60,685 nucleotides of DNA from a virus (IMGVR_UViG_3300005253_000613:1-60685), one strand, 5' to 3'. Counted from the stretch's first letter, positions 31,560 through 40,757 are shown. The notes: generated from the letters alone by a model not told the origin. A program made the numbers and translations.

Positions 31560-31745
31560 TGCATTTTTCCTTATTTTAAAAGATGCATTACATAACCACA
31601 CAAGATGCCGAGAAAGACTAACCCGGTTAGTTTTCCAATCGTAGAGGTTATAAGGCTAATTGTATTGAAAAGATAGTTACTTAGTTTTACATACATTATG
31701 GTGAGTTCCCTTATGTTATTGTAATTGAGTGACTTAACTATAATC

Positions 31746-31777
31746 AATATACAACATTATGCTCATCATTCCTAATG
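31746..31777 (-). promoter_or_regulatory. Conserved early promoter/operator element, copy 2
   Basis: Minus strand CATTAGGAA-N8-ATAATGTTGTATATT heading the leftward island. Confidence 0.65.
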
Positions 31778-32419
31778 TTGTTTTAATATAGTGTATATAT
31801 ATTTACTACCCACTAAGCTATGGTTGACTTATGAGGTTCTAATTGTGGATGGTGGGGAATGGTGGTTAGGGGTGATGTATAGGGGTTGTGACAAATTTTA
31901 GATAGTAATTTTAGTTTTTTTAGTGCTTAAATATAGTTTCTATCCTACTCCTGTTTATCAATTATAATCAGGAGCTTATATCCCTAAACGTAGACTGGAT
32001 GGGGGATTTAAATAATCAAATACCCACCCCTGTTCACATTTGATCGCCCCAAGGGTGAGTGGTATCAGCCCGCCCCAAACTCAGGAAAACGAAAAAACAA
32101 ACTAAACGCTCAAAAGGTAATAGTGTCTTAGCACACCGTATTAAAGCGTAGCACCACCAAAGCGGTTAATATGGTGTTAGGATAGTTTAAGGGGATTAAA
32201 GTGTCTTAGGGACGAGTTATGTACTCCTGATTAGTACATAAAAATTAGGAAGTTAAGGGAGGTGGAGTTAGATTGTGGTTATGAAAGTAATAAAAATAGA
32301 GCAAAAGCAACGGTTTAGTGTTTCATCACATTTATCAGTGTTTGATAAGGTATGTGGTTCAATACTGTAGACGAGTGCTTAAAAAGGCTCGATTTTATTT
32401 AGCAACTATCAAAGGCGAA

Positions 32420-32518
32420 ATGAATAATGCTTTAAACATATTGTCGCTTGGTGCGGGGCTTCAATCATCAGCTATGGTTTGTATGATGAATGAATGTGAA
32501 GGTTTATGTGGGGTGTAA
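32420..32518 (+). pseudogene. Internally deleted PAPS-reductase-like phage gene
   Basis: N-terminal LNILSLGAGLQSSA joined directly to C-terminal-type NECEGLCGV in 32 aa. Confidence 0.6.
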
Positions 32519-32523
32519 ATTAA

Positions 32524-32927
32524 CTAAAACCGGCGATACTTGAAGAATTTCCCGCTAAAACACTTAAAACGAAAATATTAAAAATAACAGGGCATCCTTA
32601 TCTGAATACTTCTATCAATTATAAAGGATTAGTAATATCAGGGAGATTGGTAGTAGAGCGGGTGGCTCCACAAAGTGCTGGAATTAAGGGTTATATAATT
32701 AGGAGACTACATGGAAGTAATAGCTATAAAAGAAAAGATAAAGTCTGAGGTGCATAAACGGATACTAGGGAGTTGTCATGTTCCTATATTAAGCCTTAAG
32801 ATGGCAGGAGAGGTGCGGAGGGAATTGCGAGGATTAGACCCTGCTATTATGATTGCAATTAAAAGAAAACTACGTAGTTAAGTACAGCTAAAATCGCTGA
32901 TACTTGAAGAATTTCCCGCTAAAACAC
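32524..32927 (+). repeat. 40-bp direct repeat (32524-32563, 32888-32927)
   Basis: 37/40 identical, perfect 29-bp core GATACTTGAAGAATTTCCCGCTAAAACAC. Confidence 0.9.
32711..32881 (+). CDS. Short MK-family-like protein (56 aa)
   Basis: AGGAG RBS; MEVIAIK...IAIKRKLRS; below ORF-track cutoff. Confidence 0.6.
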   Translation: MEVIAIKEKIKSEVHKRILGSCHVPILSLKMAGEVRRELRGLDPAIMIAIKRKLRS

Positions 32928-33001
32928 AAAAATATGAAAAGAATCGAATTACGAAAAAAGTAAAAGATTATCTAAGTCCCGCCAGAAACTATGAAATTAA
33001 A

Positions 33002-33505
33002 ATGAACATATCAGAAATAGAAAACACAGTTATATTTGGTGACGCTTTGGAACAGGTCAGGAAACTGACGGACAAGTCTGTCAATTGTGTTATTACCTCC
33101 CCGCCTTACTGGCAATTGCGGTGCTACGGATTTGACGGTCAGTGGGGATGGGAACCGACGTTTCAGGAATATCTCGAAAATCTCTGGAGTTTAATGGATG
33201 AGATATATCGAGTGCTTACGGATGACGGAACTGTTTTTATCAACTTGGGTGATTCTTACGCAAGTAAAGGCTCTGGCCGTGAGCCAGGTTCAGGCAAGTT
33301 TCAATACGAATTTAATAAGTAAGCCAATTATCGCAGGTTGCCCGGAAGGAGGAGTTATCCTTGATCCGTTCTGTGGGACGGGAACCACGTTAATACGTGC
33401 TATTGAGTTGAACCGTAAATTCATATAGACGGGAAGAAGGAATACTGTGTTATAGCTAATAAAAGAATTAAGCCATTATTGAAACAAACAAATATATTTG
33501 ATTAA
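33002..33505 (+). pseudogene. N4/N6 DNA methyltransferase remnant
   Basis: VITSPPYW and INLGDSY, then frame break to VILDPFCGTGTT, then a second break before IDGKKEYC; central region missing. Confidence 0.85.
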
Positions 33506-33562
33506 TAGATTGTTATTCATTAAATTGCAGCATCGTTTTCCTTATTGACGATGTTGAGTGTG

Positions 33563-33592
33563 AGGGGAGTTAGAAATAACTCCCTTTTTTTA
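33563..33592 (+). terminator. Rho-independent terminator
   Basis: AGGGGAGTTA-GAAA-TAACTCCC followed by T-run. Confidence 0.85.
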
Positions 33593-33621
33593 TTTCTACT
33601 CCTGTTTAGTGCAAGAAGTGG

Positions 33622-33650
33622 TTGACAATGTAATTTAAATGATTTATATT
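33622..33650 (+). promoter_or_regulatory. Sigma70-type promoter of middle operon
   Basis: TTGACA-N17-TATATT directly after terminator. Confidence 0.75.
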
Positions 33651-34507
33651 GTAGCTAAAATATTATGAATAACCAGAAGATGACATGGAACAAGATAACT
33701 TAATAGCGATCTGCCCTACTGACAGGCTGCCGGAAAGGTATCCTAATATAGGGAAAAGCGATGATATATTATTTATGCCTCATAAGTTTGACAAGGCATA
33801 TAAGGGTTTTACACGGAAAATAGGTCACAACAGGGATATATTAATATTTCAGGATTACAATAATAACGTATGGCATGTTTCAGAAATACATCGGTGGTAT
33901 GAACTGCCATGAAGAAGGGACTTACAATATATTCGCCAATGGATATATCACGTCATTATCACCGATTATCTGACAGGGAAAAGGCTGACATATTAGATCA
34001 CATTATCAATGAAGACACTATTGCCACAAGCTCTTTTGGTTTTCTAAGAATAGCTATGGGTTATGAGTTAATAGGGTATAATGAATATATTAAAAAGTCT
34101 GAACTACCATGAAATACGCTAAATTAAAAAATATAGAAGAAAACAAGCGATATGGTGTATCCTTTTGGCCGGGTGGCGTATATCCAGTAGACAGAGAATA
34201 TAAAAAATCAGTTAGAATAAAGGGAGTGTTCTATGAATTAAATATATTTTTTGATGGAAATAAAACAAACATCCAGGAATATAATGAAACAACAGCAAGA
34301 TTGATACCACGAGAACAAATAGAATGTATAAATGAATTGTCGGAGTTGATGTGATTGATTATACACCACAAGAACGTGAATTTGTTGATGCGATGTCAGA
34401 AATACTTAGAAGAGGCCCTAAATATAGTAGTTTAAAAGAAGCAAAGGTAGCTATTGAGCATTTTAAAAAGGGAATAGTATATTACAACATAGATTAATGA
34501 AACTGAA

Positions 34508-34813
34508 ATGAAAGCCTATCATCAAGTCGAATTCAAAGATTTAACACCTGACCTTGAAATATTATCGGATGTTATCGGTATTGAGAATGTTAGGTTGTTA
34601 ATAGAAAAAGTATCGGGTGTTCAGTTCCGCATACCAAGATTGCCTACATTAAATGGCTTTTGCAGAAAATATATTAAAAACAATATAGAAAAGAGCAATA
34701 TGGTTTTAGCTTTTGAACTTGATAGTTCTGATAATTTTGTTAGATTGTTGAAAATACAAATAAAGAAGGAAGAAAAAGACAAAGAAGAAATGTTAAAACG
34801 GTTATATGGATGA
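34508..34813 (+). CDS. Mor-like transcription regulator
   Basis: DLEILSDVIGIENV..L....SG.QF.IP plus C-terminal HTH-like segment. Confidence 0.6.
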   Translation: MKAYHQVEFKDLTPDLEILSDVIGIENVRLLIEKVSGVQFRIPRLPTLNGFCRKYIKNNIEKSNMVLAFELDSSDNFVRLLKIQIKKEEKDKEEMLKRLYG

Positions 34814-35073
34814 AAATAATAACCAATCATATATTATGGAATTGCGGCCCGCCCGGAATATATGCACGTTTTGCTGATTTTGATAGAGATGGGAATATTA
34901 TTGAGAGGGGCATCTGCGAAAAATATGGGGCATTCAAATATATGAAGTCTTCACGAAGGATTGGTGAGATAATTCCAAATATAATTATAGAAACGAATAT
35001 CGGTTTATTAACCAATTTAAAAATAATATCAGTAACAGGATTTCTAAATAAACGATTAAAGGAGAATTTATGA
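34810..35073 (+). CDS. Short MK-family protein
   Basis: MKIIT...FLNKRLKENL; ATGA overlaps at both ends. Confidence 0.65.
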   Translation: MKIITNHILWNCGPPGIYARFADFDRDGNIIERGICEKYGAFKYMKSSRRIGEIIPNIIIETNIGLLTNLKIISVTGFLNKRLKENL

Positions 35074-35303
35074 GACACGTAATTGCACACGGAGAAAGCG
35101 GGAATACCCACGCTATTTTGGATGATGTCATTATTTCAGAAAAAGATGGCAATAAAGTCATCAAAGCGGATAAACCCTACACTGCTATCCATGAAGAACA
35201 TGGCCCAATAACTATTAATCCCGAAACCAAAGGTGATGTAACCGTCGGTTTTGTTCAGGAATTCGATCACGCAGAAGAAGAAGCAAAGAATGTGATAGAT
35301 TGA
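35070..35303 (+). CDS. Small His-rich protein (type usually partnered with DUF6745)
   Basis: VIAHGESGNTHA...HEEHGPITI...QEFD. Confidence 0.65.
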   Translation: MRHVIAHGESGNTHAILDDVIISEKDGNKVIKADKPYTAIHEEHGPITINPETKGDVTVGFVQEFDHAEEEAKNVID

Positions 35304-35650
35304 AAGTATTAAACATCACTGGCATAGAGCAAATAGGCCCAGATGGTACACCTATCATTTTTTTAGCTCATAATGTAAATGTCGTTTTGAATAAGGGTGC
35401 GCCCCTGCCTTATTTAGATTTCTCGGCGGCTAATTCAAAATTTCCATTTCTTGCCTTTACGGAAGAAGAACAAAAGCAAAGAGAAATAAGGTATTTATTT
35501 GGTATTAGCGTAAGCCTGTTACGCAATATTCCAGGGGATAATGTCATTAATATGTTAAATATAAAACTGAGGGGGATTATTCCTGCCCCCGGACGGCAAT
35601 GGAATTATTTTGATATGCTCGAATATAAAAAAAGATATGGTATTGAATGA
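35300..35650 (+). CDS. MK-family-like protein
   Basis: MKVLNI...LNIKLR; coupled. Confidence 0.5.
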   Translation: MKVLNITGIEQIGPDGTPIIFLAHNVNVVLNKGAPLPYLDFSAANSKFPFLAFTEEEQKQREIRYLFGISVSLLRNIPGDNVINMLNIKLRGIIPAPGRQWNYFDMLEYKKRYGIE

Positions 35651-35874
35651 AAATATTAGATGTTATATATAGATGTAACATTGGTAGAGGCTGCAAGTAT
35701 GCGCCTATTGTAGCCGACTATTTTTATACCGCATATAGGTTTACGCCGCCCGGATGCCGGGGTTTAATCTCATCTGACCGAATAATAACAGATGATGGCT
35801 ATTTAAGTGATTTGCAAGTAATGCCGGATAATACTATAAGAATTTTAACTCAACATTTAAGGGAAAAACTATGA
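35647..35874 (+). CDS. Short MK-family protein
   Basis: MKILD...LTQHLREKL; coupled. Confidence 0.6.
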   Translation: MKILDVIYRCNIGRGCKYAPIVADYFYTAYRFTPPGCRGLISSDRIITDDGYLSDLQVMPDNTIRILTQHLREKL

Positions 35875-36872
35875 TAGAACGAATTGATGAATTAACACCA
35901 GATCAAGAAGCCCGGATGCCGGAGTTCAAAGAAAAATGGACTAAGATTAATTTGTCTACCGCTGAATGCGATAGGGACCAAGCTAAATACTGGATGGATG
36001 AAGCCTACCGCTTAGCAGGTTATGAACCTGTAAATGAAATACATTGGGTGCGATCACCTAAAGAAGGGCTTGATCTTGCTAAGGATATGATGCTATCCGC
36101 TAATAACGACAATCGGGATTATATAGATGAATTAATCCATGGCTATAATTATGGCTGCCATGAAGCGAGTTATTTAAGTTTCTATGAATTCTTTTATGTA
36201 GTTTGCGAACTTGATATCCTTAAACCGCTTGTACCACAGTTTAATATAGCCCCACACTCTGGATGGTGGATACCATTCGATACTTGTATTATAGCATGTG
36301 CGAAACCAACATCTATTCATGTAGTGGGAGATGTATTGCATAAGGATTTAGTCCCTGCGGTAAATCATGCCGACGGCTTCGATGTTTATATTCTCAATGG
36401 GATATACATGCCGGATAATATTGTGATAACACCTGCCAATGAATTAGATTCGCAATTAATATTAAGTGAGGGGAATGTAGATGTAAGACGAGAAATAATA
36501 AGGAAAATCGGCTATGATAAAATGTATGAAGATTTAGGCGGTGAAACAATAGAAACAGTTTCTATGACTGACCTGTATAAGAAACATTCGATATTATCCT
36601 ATGAACAACAAGGTGATGTGATATTTAAACCCGATAATCTTGAAGAAGTGAAATATAAAAATCTAAAAGATGATTTTAAGAAAAGCCTTGAAGGTAAATC
36701 TTATTCATTGGTTAATATGCGTTTCGGTGACGGTTCAAAGCCGTTCTTGGTTATGGATAATATGTCAATAGGTGCTAAACATGTGGAAGGAGTGCCACCG
36801 AATATTACTAATGTATTCGATGCAATATGCTTCCGTAACCAAATGAAAGGCCTGCCACAGGAATTGAAATGA
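35871..36872 (+). CDS. DUF6745-like protein
   Basis: LTPDQEA...SP...GWWIPF...LHKD..PAV..ADG..VY..NG...N.DVRR.II.KIG. Confidence 0.7.
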   Translation: MIERIDELTPDQEARMPEFKEKWTKINLSTAECDRDQAKYWMDEAYRLAGYEPVNEIHWVRSPKEGLDLAKDMMLSANNDNRDYIDELIHGYNYGCHEASYLSFYEFFYVVCELDILKPLVPQFNIAPHSGWWIPFDTCIIACAKPTSIHVVGDVLHKDLVPAVNHADGFDVYILNGIYMPDNIVITPANELDSQLILSEGNVDVRREIIRKIGYDKMYEDLGGETIETVSMTDLYKKHSILSYEQQGDVIFKPDNLEEVKYKNLKDDFKKSLEGKSYSLVNMRFGDGSKPFLVMDNMSIGAKHVEGVPPNITNVFDAICFRNQMKGLPQELK

Positions 36873-37084
36873 AAATACTTAGACTAATATCACAAGAGAA
36901 ATCGGATTCATTACATGGTTTTACTACAAATAGTTCTATTGGTTTTAGATATACATGGAATTGTTGGCCAGGTGATTTATCTCACACTTTAGTGGAGCCA
37001 TATTATTTAGGCAGACCTATGTTATCCCAGAACAAACTTGAGATTATTAGGAAACTCAAGGAAAGGTTGAGGGAATTGAAATGA
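36869..37084 (+). CDS. Short MK-family protein
   Basis: MKILR...KLKERLRELK. Confidence 0.65.
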   Translation: MKILRLISQEKSDSLHGFTTNSSIGFRYTWNCWPGDLSHTLVEPYYLGRPMLSQNKLEIIRKLKERLRELK

Positions 37085-37323
37085 AAATAATTAAAGAATT
37101 TGGGACAGATTACATCTTAGGTAACAAATTCTTTTATAATGATTATACTGTTGAAAATCAACCAATTATTATATTTTGTCACGAGCCTGGAAAGACCTTT
37201 AATCACATTAGCTTATCTATACCATTATTTAAGAGGATTCACTCAACACTGTATAATCTTTCTCCTGTGGATTTGGATGAAAAGATCAAAAGGCGTTTAA
37301 ATGAAAGTCATAGATATAAATAA
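37081..37323 (+). CDS. Short MK-family protein
   Basis: MKIIK...KIKRRLNE. Confidence 0.65.
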   Translation: MKIIKEFGTDYILGNKFFYNDYTVENQPIIIFCHEPGKTFNHISLSIPLFKRIHSTLYNLSPVDLDEKIKRRLNESHRYK

Positions 37324-37477
37324 ATGTACTGATAATGCACAAAGGTTATGTTACAGAAGACATTTTCAATATGCGACTGCCAAGACACATGAGAAATTCG
37401 GCGATTTAACCCCAGTATTTCAATCATATTTCCGTATACCTGAAGTTGTAAAGAGGAAGCTAAGGGAATTAAAATGA
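37301..37477 (+). CDS. Short MK-family protein (58 aa, not in ORF track)
   Basis: MKVIDIN...VVKRKLRELK. Confidence 0.65.
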   Translation: MKVIDINKCTDNAQRLCYRRHFQYATAKTHEKFGDLTPVFQSYFRIPEVVKRKLRELK

Positions 37478-37719
37478 AAATACTAACAACTAGCAGTACG
37501 GTTGTAAAACCGGTCTACTGGGATTATAGATGGAGAAAGAGTATCCATATAAGTATATCTGATGGTATAGAGGTTATCATGAAGGCGAATGAGGTGTTAT
37601 ATACCACCCCAAAGGAATTTACAGATTGTATCGTGCCAGATTTTATAAGCTGCGACTTTGGAAGACATAACCCTCGTTCATTAGTTGCCGTACTTAAAAG
37701 GAAATTGCGTGAAAAATAA
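37474..37719 (+). CDS. Short MK-family protein
   Basis: MKILT...VLKRKLREK. Confidence 0.65.
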   Translation: MKILTTSSTVVKPVYWDYRWRKSIHISISDGIEVIMKANEVLYTTPKEFTDCIVPDFISCDFGRHNPRSLVAVLKRKLREK

Positions 37720-38548
37720 TAGAACCACAGTATCATTAGTTATATTAGTTCATAATGTAAAAGATCACATTGAGTTGTGCTTGAAAAGTGCCTGTCAATT
37801 AGAGAACAGTATTGTTCCGTTAATAGATGAAGTGATTTTTGTTGACCATAATTCAACCGATGGGACTATAAATAAAGCGATAGATTACCTAAGTTCTTTA
37901 AATATTAAGCATAGCATAGCTCATTATACAGGTAAATTTGAGTTTGATAAAGCACGTAATATGGGTATAGCACTTTGTAATAGCAAAGTTATCCTTATGT
38001 TAGATGCAGACGAAAGGCTTGTAATCACACATGAAGAATTATTCCGGCAGTTTATAGATAATGTCAGTCATGGCTGGACGGCTGGGATTATGGCAACAAA
38101 AAACCCAACCACACAATACGATGGCAGCACTGACTTTATTGCTTCCGGTATGAGAAGGATATTCCCTAATGATGTCAGCTATTTTTACAAAACACCTATC
38201 CATGAAGTTCTCCAGCACCCGCCCGATGCTTTAATGGTTGCTGTGCCAGGTGCTTATATAGCACATTTAGGCTATGATATGTTCTTAAAAGAAATAGGTG
38301 AAAAATATGATAGGAATATGAAAGGACTTGTTAGTGAAATAGACAGAGATATTACTAATGGTGTGACTTGGTATTTCATAGGTAACACTTTGGGTTTGAA
38401 AGGAAAATTTATCGAACAAAAGCAGGCTTATGCTTTAGCACTTGTGCATGGTAAATTAGGGATTGGGATAGGAAATTATATAAAAGAAAAACTTGAGTAT
38501 TTAGAACAAAATTTAATTAACCAACGGTATTTAAAGGAGACATTATGA
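37685..38548 (+). CDS. Family 2 glycosyltransferase with C-terminal TPR-like helices
   Basis: VSLVILVHN, VIFVDHNSTDGT, FDKARN, LMLDADE, IHE, HLGY; start may be GTG 37709. Confidence 0.88.
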   Translation: MPYLKGNCVKNNRTTVSLVILVHNVKDHIELCLKSACQLENSIVPLIDEVIFVDHNSTDGTINKAIDYLSSLNIKHSIAHYTGKFEFDKARNMGIALCNSKVILMLDADERLVITHEELFRQFIDNVSHGWTAGIMATKNPTTQYDGSTDFIASGMRRIFPNDVSYFYKTPIHEVLQHPPDALMVAVPGAYIAHLGYDMFLKEIGEKYDRNMKGLVSEIDRDITNGVTWYFIGNTLGLKGKFIEQKQAYALALVHGKLGIGIGNYIKEKLEYLEQNLINQRYLKETL

Positions 38549-38862
38549 AGAAGTGCAATTTAACACTACTATATGATAATATATTAGTACGTGAAGATAA
38601 GCCGGATGACATATCGCCTGGTGGTATTCATATACCAGACATGGCCAAGCGGGCGAAAAGGGTTGGTGAGGTTTTTGCGGTGGGACACGGTAGATTATCA
38701 AGGATGACAGATGAGGTTATTCCTCTTATGGTTAAAGTAGGTGACAGGGTAAGAATTAAGGATTTTAGCTTAGATGAGATAGAATATGAAGGCGAAACTT
38801 TATTGCATTTACACGAATCTGATTTGCTCTGGATAGAAAGAGAGGAAGAAGATGAAGGATAA
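38545..38862 (+). CDS. groES: Co-chaperonin GroES-like
   Basis: LYDNILV...SPGGIHIPD.AK...GEVFAVGHG...PLMVKVGDRV...LHESDLL. Confidence 0.9.
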   Translation: MKKCNLTLLYDNILVREDKPDDISPGGIHIPDMAKRAKRVGEVFAVGHGRLSRMTDEVIPLMVKVGDRVRIKDFSLDEIEYEGETLLHLHESDLLWIEREEEDEG

Positions 38863-39415
38863 ATTAATAACAGAAGAAGTAGACTACTTGGTGGAAAAAA
38901 AATTGGGGATTCAAGATGATGACTATTCAGAAAAAGCAAGGGAGAAATTAGAAAGCATCAAAGAAAAAGCAAAAGCCTTACTCCCTGATTTAAATAAGAT
39001 AAAAGAACAGGCTAAAGATCAGGGCGTGCCGGAGGATGAACACCCGCTCCCTGACCTGAAACGTCATGCAAAAATATATGACACACCATTACAGCCCAAT
39101 ACTGTGTCAGTTCTTAGTAAAAAGACAAAGCAAAGTTATCAGAAGGATATGAACTTCGACAGTACGAATTTGAATTATCTCTTCGGCTTTTACGCTTACA
39201 GGGCCATCCGAAGTTTTATTACACAAGCATTAAATGAGAAATCAGGCTTCCCTCAGACGGATAAAACTTATGCAGTATATCCTCATTTCTACAATATGAT
39301 GAAAAAATTCAAGGAAAAGGATTTCGACGATTTAAACAGGAAAAGCCAAGAACCGTTTATGAAAATAGGTGATAGGGCGCTAAGTAGCTTTATGGCCCAT
39401 TTATTGGAGAAGTGA
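38852..39415 (+). CDS. Hypothetical protein
   Basis: 187-aa coupled ORF. Confidence 0.55.
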   Translation: MKDKLITEEVDYLVEKKLGIQDDDYSEKAREKLESIKEKAKALLPDLNKIKEQAKDQGVPEDEHPLPDLKRHAKIYDTPLQPNTVSVLSKKTKQSYQKDMNFDSTNLNYLFGFYAYRAIRSFITQALNEKSGFPQTDKTYAVYPHFYNMMKKFKEKDFDDLNRKSQEPFMKIGDRALSSFMAHLLEK

Positions 39416-39416
39416 G

Positions 39417-39605
39417 ATGAAGATAATTTATAACCCCTTGTATGGACAGCATATTAACACTTCCTATCCGTTTTCCAAAAACGTTGGAGTGGTATCCTAT
39501 ACTGATATAACTAACATTGAATTGGCCAGTTATTTGTATCATTACTTTAAACAGCCCAATATCAAAAGATTAATACGGCGAAGGCTTAGAAATGAAAATA
39601 ATTAA
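39417..39605 (+). CDS. Short MK-family protein
   Basis: MKIIY...LIRRRLRNENN. Confidence 0.6.
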   Translation: MKIIYNPLYGQHINTSYPFSKNVGVVSYTDITNIELASYLYHYFKQPNIKRLIRRRLRNENN

Positions 39606-39786
39606 ACCATTACCATTATTACTAAAGCAATACAAAATACGTTCATACTCGAACCATCGAAGATATAATTGGGTCGGGGACAATTACTTAGATTGCAAGC
39701 TGCATCTTGCTAATGTGAGCGAGCTGCGTTTAGAACAAAATATAAATTGTGCAATTCATATCAAACGCCGTTTGTTAATGAAATGA
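39592..39786 (+). CDS. Short MK-family protein
   Basis: MKIIK...HIKRRLLMK. Confidence 0.6.
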   Translation: MKIIKPLPLLLKQYKIRSYSNHRRYNWVGDNYLDCKLHLANVSELRLEQNINCAIHIKRRLLMK

Positions 39787-39800
39787 ATTCTTCGTATATT
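39772..39800 (+). promoter_or_regulatory. Putative sigma70-type promoter
   Basis: TTGTTA-N17-TATATT ahead of ORF ~39820-40029. Confidence 0.45.
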
Positions 39801-40005
39801 AGCTATTTTGAGGGATATAATGGCAAGGTATATAAAAGTAGCGACAGTTGTTGATGGTGAACAAATAGTCACATCCGCAGATTTTGGGGCGTTAGGTAAT
39901 CTTGTAACTGATGATTGGATATTAACTCTTAAAGATGGGTCGTTCCAAACAATGAATTCAACTGATTTTGCAAATAAATATATATCTACATCTGGTAGCA
40001 CTGCA

Positions 40006-40707
40006 CTAACGGGTAGCGATTACGATTAACGAACTTGCTTTCTGAGTTATTACCTCTAATCCCGTTTTCCTGTTAGAACAGTTGACATGCTGTGATTTTA
40101 TCGGTTCCTTAATGTAAAGAGCCAGTGACTTAGTCCCTATTTTAAAACATTCGAAATGGATATATCCCCCGCAATTACGGATTATCCCTTTAAAATTCTT
40201 ATTCTCTAATTCCTTTTTAACTATTCCAATAAACCAATCAAAGTCTGTATTAACTACTATATCAACAGCTCTGCCATTTATATGTGGCGATAGTTTATAC
40301 AGTGGCATATAACCGCCGGTAATAATAAAATTGAGTTTATTAGCATCGCATAAAGTGTCGATAATAACAACCATTTCCTTTAGTTCCGGTGTAATAATCA
40401 GTAAGTCATCATTTAAATATGCTAAGTCTTTTATCTTAACATTGGTGGAAATACTTTCTTCGCCATTACCGCTTACATGATATAAGTAAATGTGGCTTTT
40501 AGTATGGAAATGAGTTTCGTAAGATATTTCACGTTTAATCACTGTCAATGTATTGATGATTTTATCGAGTGTCCTATTCAAATTACGCCCGCATTTAATG
40601 TTACCATCTTCGTAAAATCTTTCAAAATCATCAATTAAAAGATTGAACCTGTATGCGGTATCACCAATAGTACGTATTACTTTTTGCATTTCTTCTTTGG
40701 ATTTCAT
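40006..40707 (-). CDS. Peptidase M15-like domain protein
   Basis: SPHINGRAVDI...YIHFE zinc ligands; extra N-terminal region. Confidence 0.6.
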   Translation of the reverse strand: MKSKEEMQKVIRTIGDTAYRFNLLIDDFERFYEDGNIKCGRNLNRTLDKIINTLTVIKREISYETHFHTKSHIYLYHVSGNGEESISTNVKIKDLAYLNDDLLIITPELKEMVVIIDTLCDANKLNFIITGGYMPLYKLSPHINGRAVDIVVNTDFDWFIGIVKKELENKNFKGIIRNCGGYIHFECFKIGTKSLALYIKEPIKSQHVNCSNRKTGLEVITQKASSLIVIATR

Positions 40708-40728
40708 TATTTAAGATATAAAATAAAC

Positions 40729-40757
40729 TTGTTTAATCAAATAGATTTATTTATATT
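40729..40757 (+). promoter_or_regulatory. Putative promoter of packaging/virion operon
   Basis: TTGTTT-N17-TATATT. Confidence 0.5.
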
